NCBI GenBank assembly: GCA_963716725.1
Contig: CAVQUB010000015.1
Span: forward strand, 320,001-384,000
Origin: an uncultured delta proteobacterium
GTDB taxonomy: Bacteria; Myxococcota_A; Polyangia; Polyangiales; Polyangiaceae
Direction: 5' to 3'
DNA: 64,000 bases
In this document: positions 10,168-20,128 of the stretch, in pieces
How the letters are laid out: every line of letters starts with the position of its first letter
Position numbering within the stretch: position 1 is the stretch's first letter
Program-made: the position numbers and the translations under genes
Notes under the pieces: generated by a model
Databases searched by the model: none
Told to the model about the DNA's origin: nothing
What the model saw: the letters and a program-made list of their open reading frames with translations, nothing else

Positions 10168-11115
10168 ATGCTGGGACGCGCTCTACTGTTGCTCGCACTG
10201 GTAGGGTCCGGCTGCGGCGGCGGCGAGGCCGACTCCAAGGCGGGCGGCACGGGCGGCGGCGGAGCCAGCGGGACCGGCGGCACCAGCGCGACCGGCGGGG
10301 GCGCCGGCAAGGGCGGCCCCTGCGCCGACGATCCTGGACCCGGTTCGGTGTGCGTGATGCACGTGTTGGGGCGGGTGGTGGACGGCGCGGGCCAGCCGCT
10401 GCCCCAGCTCTCGACCAGCGTCTGTGGCGAGGTGTGCTGGTTTGGCGAGTCCGACGCCAGCGGCGAGTTCAGCGTGGCCATCGGCGAGCGCATCCTCCCC
10501 GGCCTGTTCTCGGTCTTGCCGCACGGTCGCCCGAAGCACACGAGCTTCTACTTCCCACTGCCTGCGGCGCTCTCGGCGAGCATCGACGTCGGCGACCTCT
10601 CGTTGCTCGAGCTTCCTGCCAGCGGCCCTGCGCTCGTGGTGTGGTCCGACAAGCAGGGCGCGCCGGCCCAGACGGTCGACAGCGGCGGTCTGCGTCTGGA
10701 GGTGAGCGCGGGCACTCAGGTGAAGCTCGACGTCGAGGACGTCGCACAAGACGTGCTCGGCAGACAGTTCCGCGTGCTGCCGATCCCGGCGGCGCAGCGC
10801 GATCACTTCGCCGATGGGGCGCTGGGTCTCGCGGCGTTGTGGGCGCTGATGCCCTTCGAAGCCGCCATCGTGCAGGAGAGCGGCGGCGCGCCGGCGCTCG
10901 CGCGGATCAGCGCCGACAACAGCGCGGTTCTCCCGGCGGACACCGCGGTCGAGTGGTTGGCGCTGGGCAGCTATTTGTTCGCGGACTGGGTGGCCCCGGC
11001 CCAGTTCGAGGTCGTCGCCACCGGCAAGGTGAGCTCGGATGGCCTACGCATCGAAATGGACGCTGGGCAGGGGACCCCGTACCTCACGTGGATCGGAGTG
11101 CGAAAGAAGCCATGA
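10168..11115 (+). CDS. Lipoprotein with carboxypeptidase-regulatory-like beta domain
   Basis: Lipobox GSGC, Gly-rich linker, GRVVDGAGQPL; stop overlaps the next ATG (ATGA). Confidence 0.65.
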   Translation: MLGRALLLLALVGSGCGGGEADSKAGGTGGGGASGTGGTSATGGGAGKGGPCADDPGPGSVCVMHVLGRVVDGAGQPLPQLSTSVCGEVCWFGESDASGEFSVAIGERILPGLFSVLPHGRPKHTSFYFPLPAALSASIDVGDLSLLELPASGPALVVWSDKQGAPAQTVDSGGLRLEVSAGTQVKLDVEDVAQDVLGRQFRVLPIPAAQRDHFADGALGLAALWALMPFEAAIVQESGGAPALARISADNSAVLPADTAVEWLALGSYLFADWVAPAQFEVVATGKVSSDGLRIEMDAGQGTPYLTWIGVRKKP

Positions 11116-11843
11116 CACCCAAGCACCTGCGGAGCATTTCGATCGGTCTCGTGCTCGCCCTCCAAGTGGGCTCGGGCGCGTGCGGTTCCGATGACGCGTC
11201 GGGTAACGGTGGCAGCGGCGGCCTCACGCAATCCGGTGGCAGTGGCGGTCTCACCGCGGGCGCGGGCGGGGTCGCCACCGGAGGCTCGGCCGGGGTGGGG
11301 CTCGATGCCAGCGCGGACGCTCCCATCGACTACGGACCGTACCCGGCCGGGCCCTACGGCAACGCGGTGGGCGACACCATCGCGAACCTCGCCTGGCAGG
11401 GCCACGTCAACCTCAGCGCGGCGGTTTCGTCCGACACGCTGCCCTCCAGCGACTATTCGACCGACGACATGCGCAAGAGCGGCAAGTCGTACGGGCTGAT
11501 ACACCTCTCCGCCTTCACCTGACCCGGCTGCAAGAAGGCCGCCCAGGTCTTGGGCGGGAGTCAGCAGAAAGGCAAGGCGGCCATCGAGGCGGGCGGTCTG
11601 GTGGTGGAGATCCTGCACTCCGGCGACGTGCTCGCGTGGATCAAGGCCGAAGACCTGCACGTGACGGTCGTCGAACCGAAGGACCCGCAGACCTTGGCGG
11701 CGCTCGTCTCCCGCGAGTGGACCTACGTGATCGATCTGAAGACCATGAAGATCGTCTGGAAGGGCTTCGGCAGTTACGATGGCAGCAAGGCCTCGAGCGT
11801 CGACGCGGGCCTGAGTGAGCTGATGACCCTGCTCGGCAAGTGA
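11112..11843 (+). CDS. Selenocysteine-containing thioredoxin-fold (redoxin) lipoprotein, UxxC, 243 aa, Sec at codon 137
   Basis: ATG 11112; lipobox Cys24; TGA 11520-11522 inside LIHLSAFT-U-PGCKKAA; the same frame stays open to 11843 (WTYVIDLKTMKIV); hairpin directly downstream of the TGA. Confidence 0.85.
11523..11565 (+). promoter_or_regulatory. Bacterial SECIS-like stem-loop
   Basis: Perfect 7-bp stem CCGCCCA (11539-45) / TGGGCGG (11551-57) with GGTCT loop starting 24 nt after the UGA; possible lower stem GCTG (11527-30) / CAGC (11562-65). Confidence 0.75.
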
Positions 11844-11994
11844 ACGCCCGGGTCCACGCTCAGCCCGCCCCGACGCCGGACAAAAACGCGGCCAAGGCTG
11901 CTCGCTCTCCCGGGAGATCTTCGTGCGCGATCCGCTCGTGTCCCGAGATCGGCGTGGACGCCAGCGCGCTCTTCGGCGCTTACTGGGGCGGTTG

Positions 11995-13356
11995 ATGTTG
12001 AAGCTCGGCTTTGCCTTCGGCACCCTCGAACTCCGGGATCTGCCCGAGGGTCTCACGCTCCCACCGCCGGTGCGCTGGGATGCCCGGGCGCGCTGTCACC
12101 GCGCCCCGGCCCACGCCTACGCCGAACTCGTGCTCGGGCTCACCCGCGACCAGGTGCCCTTCGACGATCAGGCCCGCCGTTACGAGGAGCTGCGCGAGGG
12201 CCTGCGCGTCCGCCGCGAGCCTCGGCCCTTTCAGGAGCGGGCTCTAGAGGCCTGGCGCAAGGCGCAAGGCCGCGGCGTGGTGGTGCTCCCGACCGGGGCT
12301 GGCAAGAGCCACGTGGCGGTGCTCGCCATCGCGGACAAGAAGCGCAGCGCGCTGGTGGTCGCGCCCACCTTGGATCTCGTGCGTCAGTGGTACGACCTGC
12401 TGCGCACCAGCTTCGGCACGGAGGTCGGCATCGTGGGCGGTGGCGAGCACACGGTGCTGCCGCTCACGGTCACCACCTACGACAGCGCGCACCTGCACAT
12501 GGAACACTTCGGTGCTCGCTTCGGGCTCGTGGTCTTCGATGAGTGCCACCACCTGCCGGGGGCCACCTACCAGCTCGCCGCCGAACAGTGCCTCGCCCCC
12601 TACCGCCTCGGGCTCACGGCTACGCCCGAGCGGAGCGACGGCCGCGAGGCGACCCTCGACGATCTAATCGGACCGATCGTGTGCCGGGTCGAGATCGGGG
12701 AGATTTCTGGCAGCTTTTTGGCTGAATACGAGACAGTTCAGCTCAGCGTCGAACTCAGCCCGAGCGAACGCCAAGAGCACGACGAAGAGCGCGCTATCTA
12801 CCTGCAGTTCCTCCGATCCAACGGCATTCGCATGGGCACGCCCCGGGGCTGGGGCGAGTTCGTGATGCGCTCGGCGCAGCGCACCGACGGCCGGCGCGCG
12901 ATGCGAGCCTACCGCCGGCAGCGCGAGATCGCGTTTGCTTCGGCGGCGAAGCTAGACTTCGTCGAGAGCCTCTTGGAACAACATCGTAAGGATCGCGCGC
13001 TGGTCTTCACGCAAGACAACGCGACGGCCTACGCGGTGGCGCGCCGCTGTCTGGTGCCGGTGATCACCCACCAGACCAAGGTGAGGGAGCGCAGCGAAAT
13101 CCTGGAGCGCTTCGCGCGCGGCGACTACGGCGCGGTCTCCACCAGCAAGGTCTTGAACGAGGGCGTCGACGTGCCCGACGCCAACGTGGCCATCGTGATC
13201 AGCGGCTCGGGATCGGTGCGCGAGCACGTGCAGCGGCTGGGCCGCATCTTGCGCAAACGCGAGGGCAAACAGGCCATCTTGTACGAACTGGTCAGCGGCG
13301 GCACGGCAGAGACGGGCACCAGCGAGCGCCGCCGCGAGCACGAGGCCTACCGCTGA
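11995..13356 (+). CDS. XPB/Rad25-like SF2 helicase
   Basis: LPTGAGKS, DECHH, LGLTATPER, VLNEGVDVP, QRLGRILR. Confidence 0.9.
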   Translation: MLKLGFAFGTLELRDLPEGLTLPPPVRWDARARCHRAPAHAYAELVLGLTRDQVPFDDQARRYEELREGLRVRREPRPFQERALEAWRKAQGRGVVVLPTGAGKSHVAVLAIADKKRSALVVAPTLDLVRQWYDLLRTSFGTEVGIVGGGEHTVLPLTVTTYDSAHLHMEHFGARFGLVVFDECHHLPGATYQLAAEQCLAPYRLGLTATPERSDGREATLDDLIGPIVCRVEIGEISGSFLAEYETVQLSVELSPSERQEHDEERAIYLQFLRSNGIRMGTPRGWGEFVMRSAQRTDGRRAMRAYRRQREIAFASAAKLDFVESLLEQHRKDRALVFTQDNATAYAVARRCLVPVITHQTKVRERSEILERFARGDYGAVSTSKVLNEGVDVPDANVAIVISGSGSVREHVQRLGRILRKREGKQAILYELVSGGTAETGTSERRREHEAYR

Positions 13357-14588
13357 TGCTGGGCCCGGACCACGTGCGCGTGCGGCGCCAAGGCGATCTG
13401 CTGATCTTGCCGCCCTTCGACAAGAAACGCCGGGCGACGGCCCTGAGCTTGGCCACCGAGGTCATCGCCATCGCGGCGGAAAGCCAGGGACAGCGCCGGC
13501 GGGCGCTGGAAGAGGCCGTGGCCGCCATCGAGTGCCGGCCCAGCGAGCGTCGCATGGTCGAAGGGCTCGCCAAGCTCTTGCTCGATGCTTGCGACATCGA
13601 GTCGCCCAGCGTCGTGGACGTGCCGGCCTTGCGTCGCGCCATCTTCGAACGCGCCGCGGAAGAACGCCGCACGCTGGCGCCGGGCACGAACCTCGACCGC
13701 AGCGTGGTGCTGAAGGAAGTCGGCGCCAGCTTTGGACTGTCGCCGGAGGCTGCCGACGAGGCGCTGTTCTCGGATCTGCCGAGCGAGGCCCGGCTGACCC
13801 GGGTGCCGGCCTTGACGCCCGAGGTGCTCGCGGACGACTACGAGCGCTCGTCCCGGCAGGCCATCCTGCTCAAGGCCGTGAGCATCACCGCGGACGTGGT
13901 GTGTCGTTCACCGAGCGCGTACCGGGTGCTCTTCGGGAAGCTGAAGTTCCGACGGCTGCTGCATCGCATCGAGCGCACCGAGCGCGGCTATCGGATCGTG
14001 ATCGACGGTCCCCACAGCCTCTTCGACTCGGTCACCAAGTACGGCCTCAGCCTCGCGCTCATGTTGCCGGCGCTCGAGGCCGTGGACGAACTGCGCCTGT
14101 CGGCCGAACTCCGCTGGGGCCGCCGCCGCGAGCGCCTGACCTTCAGCTACGAGACCCAGGGGCCCGGGGGCGCGGGCGGAGACGCCGTCGAGAACGACGA
14201 CGTTCGAGCGCTGGCCGAGGCGATTTCGTCCCTCGACACGCCCTGGCGGGCGGCGCCCGCCGAGCGGCTCTTCGACGTGCCGGGCCTGGGTGTGTGTGTG
14301 CCCGATCTGACCTTCACCCACGCCAAAACCGGGCGGGCGGTGCACCTCGAGGTGCTCGGCTATTGGAGTCGCGACGCGGTGTTCCGCCGGGCGGAACTGG
14401 CCGAAGCGGGCCTGCCGGAGCCAGTGGTCTTCGCCGTCTCGAGCCGGCTTCGAGTCAGCGAAGAGGTCCTCGACGACCGGACCGCGAGCGCGCTGTACGT
14501 CTACAAAGGCGTGATGAACCCCCGGGCCGTCGCCCGGCGCCTCGACGAGGTCCACGCCCGGCTTTGCTCGGGGCAGGGCCTCGTGTAG
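13356..14588 (+). CDS. DUF790/Bax1-family nuclease
   Basis: IDGPHSLF...TKYGLSLA, PD-(D/E)xK-like VPDLTF...LEVLGYW; coupled to the helicase. Confidence 0.85.
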   Translation: MLGPDHVRVRRQGDLLILPPFDKKRRATALSLATEVIAIAAESQGQRRRALEEAVAAIECRPSERRMVEGLAKLLLDACDIESPSVVDVPALRRAIFERAAEERRTLAPGTNLDRSVVLKEVGASFGLSPEAADEALFSDLPSEARLTRVPALTPEVLADDYERSSRQAILLKAVSITADVVCRSPSAYRVLFGKLKFRRLLHRIERTERGYRIVIDGPHSLFDSVTKYGLSLALMLPALEAVDELRLSAELRWGRRRERLTFSYETQGPGGAGGDAVENDDVRALAEAISSLDTPWRAAPAERLFDVPGLGVCVPDLTFTHAKTGRAVHLEVLGYWSRDAVFRRAELAEAGLPEPVVFAVSSRLRVSEEVLDDRTASALYVYKGVMNPRAVARRLDEVHARLCSGQGLV

Positions 14589-14598
14589 AACTGCGAGC

Positions 14599-15012
14599 GT
14601 GGTCGGGACCCGCGCCAAGCACTTACTGGTCGAGTACGAAGGCTGCGACTGCGCCATCTTGGACGATCTCGAATGCGTCAGATCGTTGATGCGAGAGGCG
14701 GCCGTGGCCGCAGGTGCCACGGTGGTCGCCGAGGCCTTTCATCGCTACCGGCCCCAGGGGGTGACGGGCGTCCTGGTGATTGAAGAGTCGCACTTCTCCG
14801 TCCATACCTGGCCGGAACATGGTTACGCGGCCGTCGACTTCTACACCTGCGGCGAGTGCCGGCCAGAGCTCGCCGATCAGGTGCTCCGCCGGGGTTTCGG
14901 GGCAAAACATGCCGAGGTCGCCTTGGTCGAGCGCGGCCTGCGCCTCGCGTCTGGATCCATGCAACTGGTCGAACGGCGCAGCGAGCCGGTGGCATTTCAA
15001 GCGGAGACCTGA
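14599..15012 (+). CDS. speD: S-adenosylmethionine decarboxylase proenzyme
   Basis: PQGVTGVLVIEESHFSVHTWPEHGYAAVDFYTCG. Confidence 0.9.
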   Translation: MVGTRAKHLLVEYEGCDCAILDDLECVRSLMREAAVAAGATVVAEAFHRYRPQGVTGVLVIEESHFSVHTWPEHGYAAVDFYTCGECRPELADQVLRRGFGAKHAEVALVERGLRLASGSMQLVERRSEPVAFQAET

Positions 15013-15036
15013 GGGCGTCCGGGGGTTGGGGAGGCG

Positions 15037-16263
15037 GTGACACGACGGCGATTCGCGACGCTCACCGCATGCCTGGCGCTGCTGGCGCCGGCGGCGGCGG
15101 CCGAGACCCTCGGTGGCAAGGTCGACAACCACGTGGACAGCCACTTGCCCAGCGGAAGGGGCAAGAAGAAGCCGAAGGGCAAGAAGCAGAACAGGTCGCA
15201 CCAGCCGTCGTCGCGTCCCATTCACTCCGGTCCCGCGCCGGCGCCCGGGCCGCGACCCAAGGCCAAGCAGACGGATCTTCCGCACCGCGTCTTCGGCAAG
15301 TCGTTCCAGCTCGATCCGTCCACGGGGCTCGCGTATCGCGGTTGGCGCCCGCAGAACTATCAGGGCATGGACGTCTCGTCCGAGAACGCGCTGACGTGGC
15401 AAGTGGGCGCGCGGGCCAAGCTCTTCTTCATCGCGGTCAACCACGCGCACTACGAATCCAATGGCATTGGCTCGCCGCGCCGTGCCGGAGCGAGCGTCGC
15501 GACGCGGGCCGCGGCGGCGACCCCGGTTGCGGCGTGGTTCTTGGGCGCCATTGGTTTCCCCTTCAACTGGGTGCTCGAGCCGATCATCCGCTACGAAGCG
15601 CGGGCCTTCCAGAGCACGCTGAAGCCGGGCGCGCCGGTGCGCATCATCCCGCAGTCGGCCAGCAAGAACGACGACCTGTCCAGCTTTCCCGCGACCACCT
15701 CCGAGCTGCTCTTGACCAGCGCCTTCGAGACCTTCGTCGTGGGGCTGCGCTACCACCACGACAACGATCCCTCCGGCATCATCAGCAACGAGTCGGGCTC
15801 GTTCCCCAAGCTCTACTTCGGCGTCGGCCTCACCCAGTACAGCAAGCCCTATCAAGTGCGCGTCGGCGACGAGGTGCTCGCGGATCTCTTGTTCGACGCC
15901 CGCATGCGCGGCGCGGGCCTCGCCCTCGGCCTCGAGACGGGGCAGAAGCCCGAGAGCTTCTTCCTCGACGTCTCGAGCCAGGTGGGCATCGGCGAGGTGC
16001 GCCTGACCCACGACTTCACCGTCAACGAGACCCTGCCCAAGGGTTGGCTCATCGGCTACGCGCAGGGGGAGGTGACCGGGGGCTACCTGCACCCGATCCT
16101 GCGCACGCGTCCTACGCTGCTCGCCGGCCTCTCCGCATCGGTGGGCGGGGCGACCTTCTTCTACTTCAAGCCCTTCACGACCTCGGAGGAGGACCGCAGC
16201 ACACCCGCGCTCAACTGGGATCTGCTCTGGGGCCTCCGGGCGTTCGTGGTCCTTCCGCTCTAG
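15037..16263 (+). CDS. Exported hypothetical protein, probable outer-membrane beta-barrel
   Basis: Signal peptide (AAAAE), basic low-complexity N-terminus, amphipathic beta strands. Confidence 0.55.
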   Translation: MTRRRFATLTACLALLAPAAAAETLGGKVDNHVDSHLPSGRGKKKPKGKKQNRSHQPSSRPIHSGPAPAPGPRPKAKQTDLPHRVFGKSFQLDPSTGLAYRGWRPQNYQGMDVSSENALTWQVGARAKLFFIAVNHAHYESNGIGSPRRAGASVATRAAAATPVAAWFLGAIGFPFNWVLEPIIRYEARAFQSTLKPGAPVRIIPQSASKNDDLSSFPATTSELLLTSAFETFVVGLRYHHDNDPSGIISNESGSFPKLYFGVGLTQYSKPYQVRVGDEVLADLLFDARMRGAGLALGLETGQKPESFFLDVSSQVGIGEVRLTHDFTVNETLPKGWLIGYAQGEVTGGYLHPILRTRPTLLAGLSASVGGATFFYFKPFTTSEEDRSTPALNWDLLWGLRAFVVLPL

Positions 16264-16294
16264 GCGGCGCTGGTCGGCTTGGGCGAGTCGCCGC

Positions 16295-17665
16295 TCAGCG
16301 AGTCGCCGTGAACACGTCGAAGTCGGTGGCAGTGTCGGCGTTGGTCGAGAAATAGAGCGAGCAGAAACCGGGGTTCAGCGACGGCGTGCGCAGCGCGAAG
16401 CTCGTCTTGCTGTAGGTCGCGGCCAGCGAGGCGCGCACGCTCTTGATTTCCTTGGCAACGCCGATCTGCTGCCCGGTCGCCGGGTCCATGTAAGTGTAGA
16501 AGAGCGCGCGGTTGCCGCCGTCGATGGCGTTGGCGCAGTTTGGCGTCTCGTGGCGCGGCGAGCTGAAGAAGAGCACCGTGCCGTCGGGCGTCACCCAGGG
16601 CTCGACGTCTTCGACCGTGACCGCGCAGCCGCTCTCGAGCGTCAGCGGCACGTTTGAAACTGGGCCCCCAGCCTTTATCGCTTGCGTGTAGAGGCCCGGC
16701 TTGCCGTTCCGATCGCTGCTCCAATACAGCTGGGCGGTCGCGCTCAGATAGGCGTAGGCCGGGTTGTAGTCGTGGGTGCCCGAGGTGCCTTGGTTGATCG
16801 GGGAGGCGAGCGGTGCGGGCGACAGCGTCGACTTGAACAGCGCGCTGGAGAAGATCTGGTGTTTGCCGCTGTCGCGCTTGCTGTCGAAGAGGATGAAGGG
16901 CTCGGTGGCGACCGAGCCGTTGGATGGATTGACGGCGCCGGTCGGGATGATGACCGGGCCCGAGTCCTCGGCGTTCGGGTAGTTGACCAAGTTGCCCAGG
17001 TTGTTGGTCAGCGTGGTCCAACCCGAGCCCTGAACGGTCGCCGTGTACAGGTCGAGTTCGCTCGAAGCGGTCTGACGGAGCACGACCCGGTCGATGCTCG
17101 AGAGCGTGGTGATGCGCGGGTAAAGCGCGTTGCTCCCGCCGCTCAGCCCAGCCACCTTGGTCACCGGATCGCCGAACGCGAGCCACGACAGATCGGTGCA
17201 CGGAGCGCAGAGCTGCAGGCAGGGATTGAAATATTGGCCGACCGCGCAGCCCGCGTCGGGGGCCGGACCGGCGTCTGCGGCCGGCACGCAGTTGCCGGCG
17301 TCCGGTCCGCTGTCGACCGGCGAATCGATCGCCACGTCGCTGGGCGAGTCGACGGAGGCATCTCCACCCACCCCCGCGGCTCCACCGCTGCCGCTGGCGC
17401 CCCCGGTTCCTCCGCTAGCGCCGCCGCCACCGCTGCCGCTGCTGCCGCCCGTGGCGCCGGTAGCGCCGCTGCCACCGCTGCCGCCACCGGTGGCGCCCGC
17501 GCCTCCGCCGCCGCCGCCGCCGAAGCCGCCGCCGGTGCCGCCCTGGCCCCCCGTGCCCCCGGTGTTCTTCGGCTTGTCGTCGGCGCTGTCGCCGTCCGCA
17601 CAACTGAAGACAGCACCTGCCACGAGCAGGCTCGAGAAAGCTCCGAAGACCACGCGGTTACGCAT
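16295..17665 (-). CDS. Lipoprotein with TolB/PD40-like repeats
   Basis: Lipobox VFSC, Gly-rich linker, LYWSSDR, PWVTPDGTVLFFSS. Confidence 0.7.
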   Translation of the reverse strand: MRNRVVFGAFSSLLVAGAVFSCADGDSADDKPKNTGGTGGQGGTGGGFGGGGGGGAGATGGGSGGSGATGATGGSSGSGGGGASGGTGGASGSGGAAGVGGDASVDSPSDVAIDSPVDSGPDAGNCVPAADAGPAPDAGCAVGQYFNPCLQLCAPCTDLSWLAFGDPVTKVAGLSGGSNALYPRITTLSSIDRVVLRQTASSELDLYTATVQGSGWTTLTNNLGNLVNYPNAEDSGPVIIPTGAVNPSNGSVATEPFILFDSKRDSGKHQIFSSALFKSTLSPAPLASPINQGTSGTHDYNPAYAYLSATAQLYWSSDRNGKPGLYTQAIKAGGPVSNVPLTLESGCAVTVEDVEPWVTPDGTVLFFSSPRHETPNCANAIDGGNRALFYTYMDPATGQQIGVAKEIKSVRASLAATYSKTSFALRTPSLNPGFCSLYFSTNADTATDFDVFTATR

Positions 17666-17767
17666 GGGGCGAAGTCTCGCCCGAACCGGGTGCGATCCGC
17701 AATTGTCGCCTGCGCGGGAAGGGTGGCGACCTGCCTGCCGTACACGGGGACTCCGAGGAGGTAGTGG

Positions 17768-18718
17768 GTGAGGTCGTCATCGACTCGACTGGCGTTTGGC
17801 ACTGTGCTTCTGGCTTCCTTGTCCCTTGGGTCGGCGGCCAGCGCTGACGCTCCCAAGCCCATCGGCGCCACCCCGCGGACCACCGGCGCGTGGAGCGAGA
17901 TCCGCGCCGACGTCGGCGACGACGTTCGGGCCGGCAAGCCGCTCGTGATCGAGGTGTTCGTCCCGCTCTGCTCCGACGACAAGGGGGGCCCCTGCGGCAA
18001 ACACCCTGGCGCTGGCGATCCGAAGAACCTGGAAGACAACCTGTACTGGGGCGCGGTGTTCGGCGCACGCCGTTACCTCGCGCGCAGAGACACCGGCTGG
18101 AGTCGCGTCGAGTCCGGCTCCGCGGACGGCTTCGAGATCGAGCGCGCGACCTTCAAGCGCAGCGTCTCGGGGGCCCGCTGGGGCACCAGCGGCAGCGTCG
18201 ATGTGTTCGTGGTGATGCACGCCATCGACGGTGATTCCGGGCAAGATGCCCTCGAGCGATTCCTCCGGGTCGCGAGCGGCGGTGGCCGCGTGAAGTTCAG
18301 CGACGGTGGCGAGACGCGCGAGGAGCGCGTGCACGCCGTTGGGTTCATGGGGCGCAATCCGCTGCTGAAGAACGGGCGGGTTCCAGAGAAACTGGAGCTC
18401 CCAGCCACCGCTGCCGGCGCGGGCATCCCCGCCTTCACGACCATGGCGCACGCCCGCGAGACCATCGGGGGCTGGCTCCGCCGCGCTGGCGCGACCGAGA
18501 TCCTCTTGCCGCGCGGTCCGGTCGCTTCCGAGGGCTACGTGCTCGACGCGGTGCTGCAGGGCCTGGCTGGCAATGAAGCGCGCTGGAGCATTCGCAAACG
18601 GGTCGTGAAGTCCTACACGCGCTGGCACAAGGGAGTTCCGGCGTCGCTGGCGGCGATCTACTTCGAGCCTGTGCCGCCGAAGGCCTGGAAATTCGGCGCG
18701 AACAAGCCGACCGGCTGA
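17768..18718 (+). CDS. Exported hypothetical protein
   Basis: Signal peptide (ASADA), NLYWGA motif, GC-rich third positions. Confidence 0.7.
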   Translation: MRSSSTRLAFGTVLLASLSLGSAASADAPKPIGATPRTTGAWSEIRADVGDDVRAGKPLVIEVFVPLCSDDKGGPCGKHPGAGDPKNLEDNLYWGAVFGARRYLARRDTGWSRVESGSADGFEIERATFKRSVSGARWGTSGSVDVFVVMHAIDGDSGQDALERFLRVASGGGRVKFSDGGETREERVHAVGFMGRNPLLKNGRVPEKLELPATAAGAGIPAFTTMAHARETIGGWLRRAGATEILLPRGPVASEGYVLDAVLQGLAGNEARWSIRKRVVKSYTRWHKGVPASLAAIYFEPVPPKAWKFGANKPTG

Positions 18719-18720
18719 GG
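18660..18720 (+). repeat. Direct repeat copy 1 (3' end of gene 17768-18718)
   Basis: 51/61 identical to 20129-20189 by manual alignment; shared core CCTGGAAATTCGGCGCG. Confidence 0.8.
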
Positions 18721-19226
18721 TCGCCTCGGTCTTGCTCGGTAGTCGGGCCGGACGCGCGCAAGAAGCGACGCATCGACGATCGTCGCCGCAGCCCCGGACG
18801 CAGTCGTCGAGTACTCGCCCGGAGGCCGGTTCACGAAGCCGCCGATGCCGACGCGGCTCGCGGATCTTGCGGCACGCCGCGGGACAAGAGACGTCGGTCC
18901 GGTACATCTCCAGAGAGCTCGGGGGGTGCGTGCACGAGACGAGGGTGCGGGTCGCTGCTGACGTTACGTTCGGCGGCCTCTTCCGACCGACCGGGTGCGC
19001 CAGACCGAGAAATTGACCATTCTCGAACGCGGTCCGCCGTGGAATCCAACCAGCTGATGAAAGACCCGACGGAGGACGGGAGCTGATGCTCGTCGAGATC
19101 CCCGCAGTCGGACCGAGCTCGTCGCCCTCTGTTCCAACAGCGGGACCGTCGCCCCGCTCTGCCCCAGCCTTCCCCTCAGTCGCTGATCTCGAACCCGCTG
19201 TCCGAGGTCACGACGTTGATCGGTCG

Positions 19227-19793
19227 CTACTCCTTCACCAGCGCGTCCAGCAGCTTCCTCGCGGCGCCGGGTGCGTCTTTCATCAGGTTGATGGCAATGA
19301 GCACGTTTGCAGGCTCGTCAAAGCGGATCGCATTCTTCGCGCCCGGGGCTTCCGCCGACGCTTTCCACTTCGCAAAATCCTCTTTCAAAGGCGCCGCCTT
19401 GCAGTCGTCCGGCTTCGCGGCAGGGCGCTTGATGATCACGAGTCCCACTGGCTTGGCGTTGCGCGTGACACTCAGCTGAAGCGTCTCGATCTCACCACAA
19501 GTCACGATCTCCTCTGGCCCGATGGCAGCGTAGCCGGCTTTTTCGAGCGCCGCCTTCACCGTCGGTACGTCCACGCTGCTCAGGTCCGTCCCCTCGATCT
19601 TCCACGTCGATGCCACCTTGCCGGAGCTCGCCGGCGGCGCGCTCTCGGGCTCCGTCGGGTCGCTCGCGTTCGGTGCGACTGTCGGCGCAGCGACAGGGCC
19701 CGTCTCGGGCTTCGGATCTACGGCGGGCGGTGAGGTCCCGCCACAGGCGCTCAGCAGGACTACGAGAATGGAGACCGGCGACAGTGAACTCAT
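19227..19793 (-). CDS. Hypothetical lipoprotein
   Basis: Lipobox LSAC, Pro-rich linker. Confidence 0.7.
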   Translation of the reverse strand: MSSLSPVSILVVLLSACGGTSPPAVDPKPETGPVAAPTVAPNASDPTEPESAPPASSGKVASTWKIEGTDLSSVDVPTVKAALEKAGYAAIGPEEIVTCGEIETLQLSVTRNAKPVGLVIIKRPAAKPDDCKAAPLKEDFAKWKASAEAPGAKNAIRFDEPANVLIAINLMKDAPGAARKLLDALVKE

Positions 19794-19891
19794 CCCGCGC
19801 TGGATACACCAAGGTCCGGCCGCGAGGAAGGCGGTTCGCGCAGTCGCGCCTGCGTTCTTGGGTTGGGCTCCCAGCGCTGCAACAACGCCCG

Positions 19892-20065
19892 ATGACCGTC
19901 CGGATCCTGTGGGCTGCGATCTTTGCCTCGACGGTCATCTTCTTCGTCATGGCCTTCGTCGTGAAGGACCCGCAGCCGATCCCGCTGCTGGTCATGCCCG
20001 CAGCGCTGGCCTTCGTCGCGCTCGTCTTGGCGATGATCGGCTTCGTGCTTCCCGCGCACTGTCGG
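19892..20065 (+). pseudogene. Truncated membrane-protein fragment
   Basis: Two hydrophobic helices (MTVRILWAAIFAS...LAMIGFVLP), then the sequence loses protein-like character just before repeat copy 2. Confidence 0.45.
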
Positions 20066-20128
20066 CGGCCAACGCGCCGCCCGCGCCAAGCGGAGCTGGG
20101 GCTGCCCGTCCCAGCCTCACCCGGAGGC

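Noticed and set aside
11511..11531. Peroxiredoxin AFTPGC motif interrupted by a spurious TGA
   Set aside because: It would need an exact 3-nt insertion; the AxxUxxC spacing already fits the thioredoxin motif, and a SECIS-like hairpin follows.
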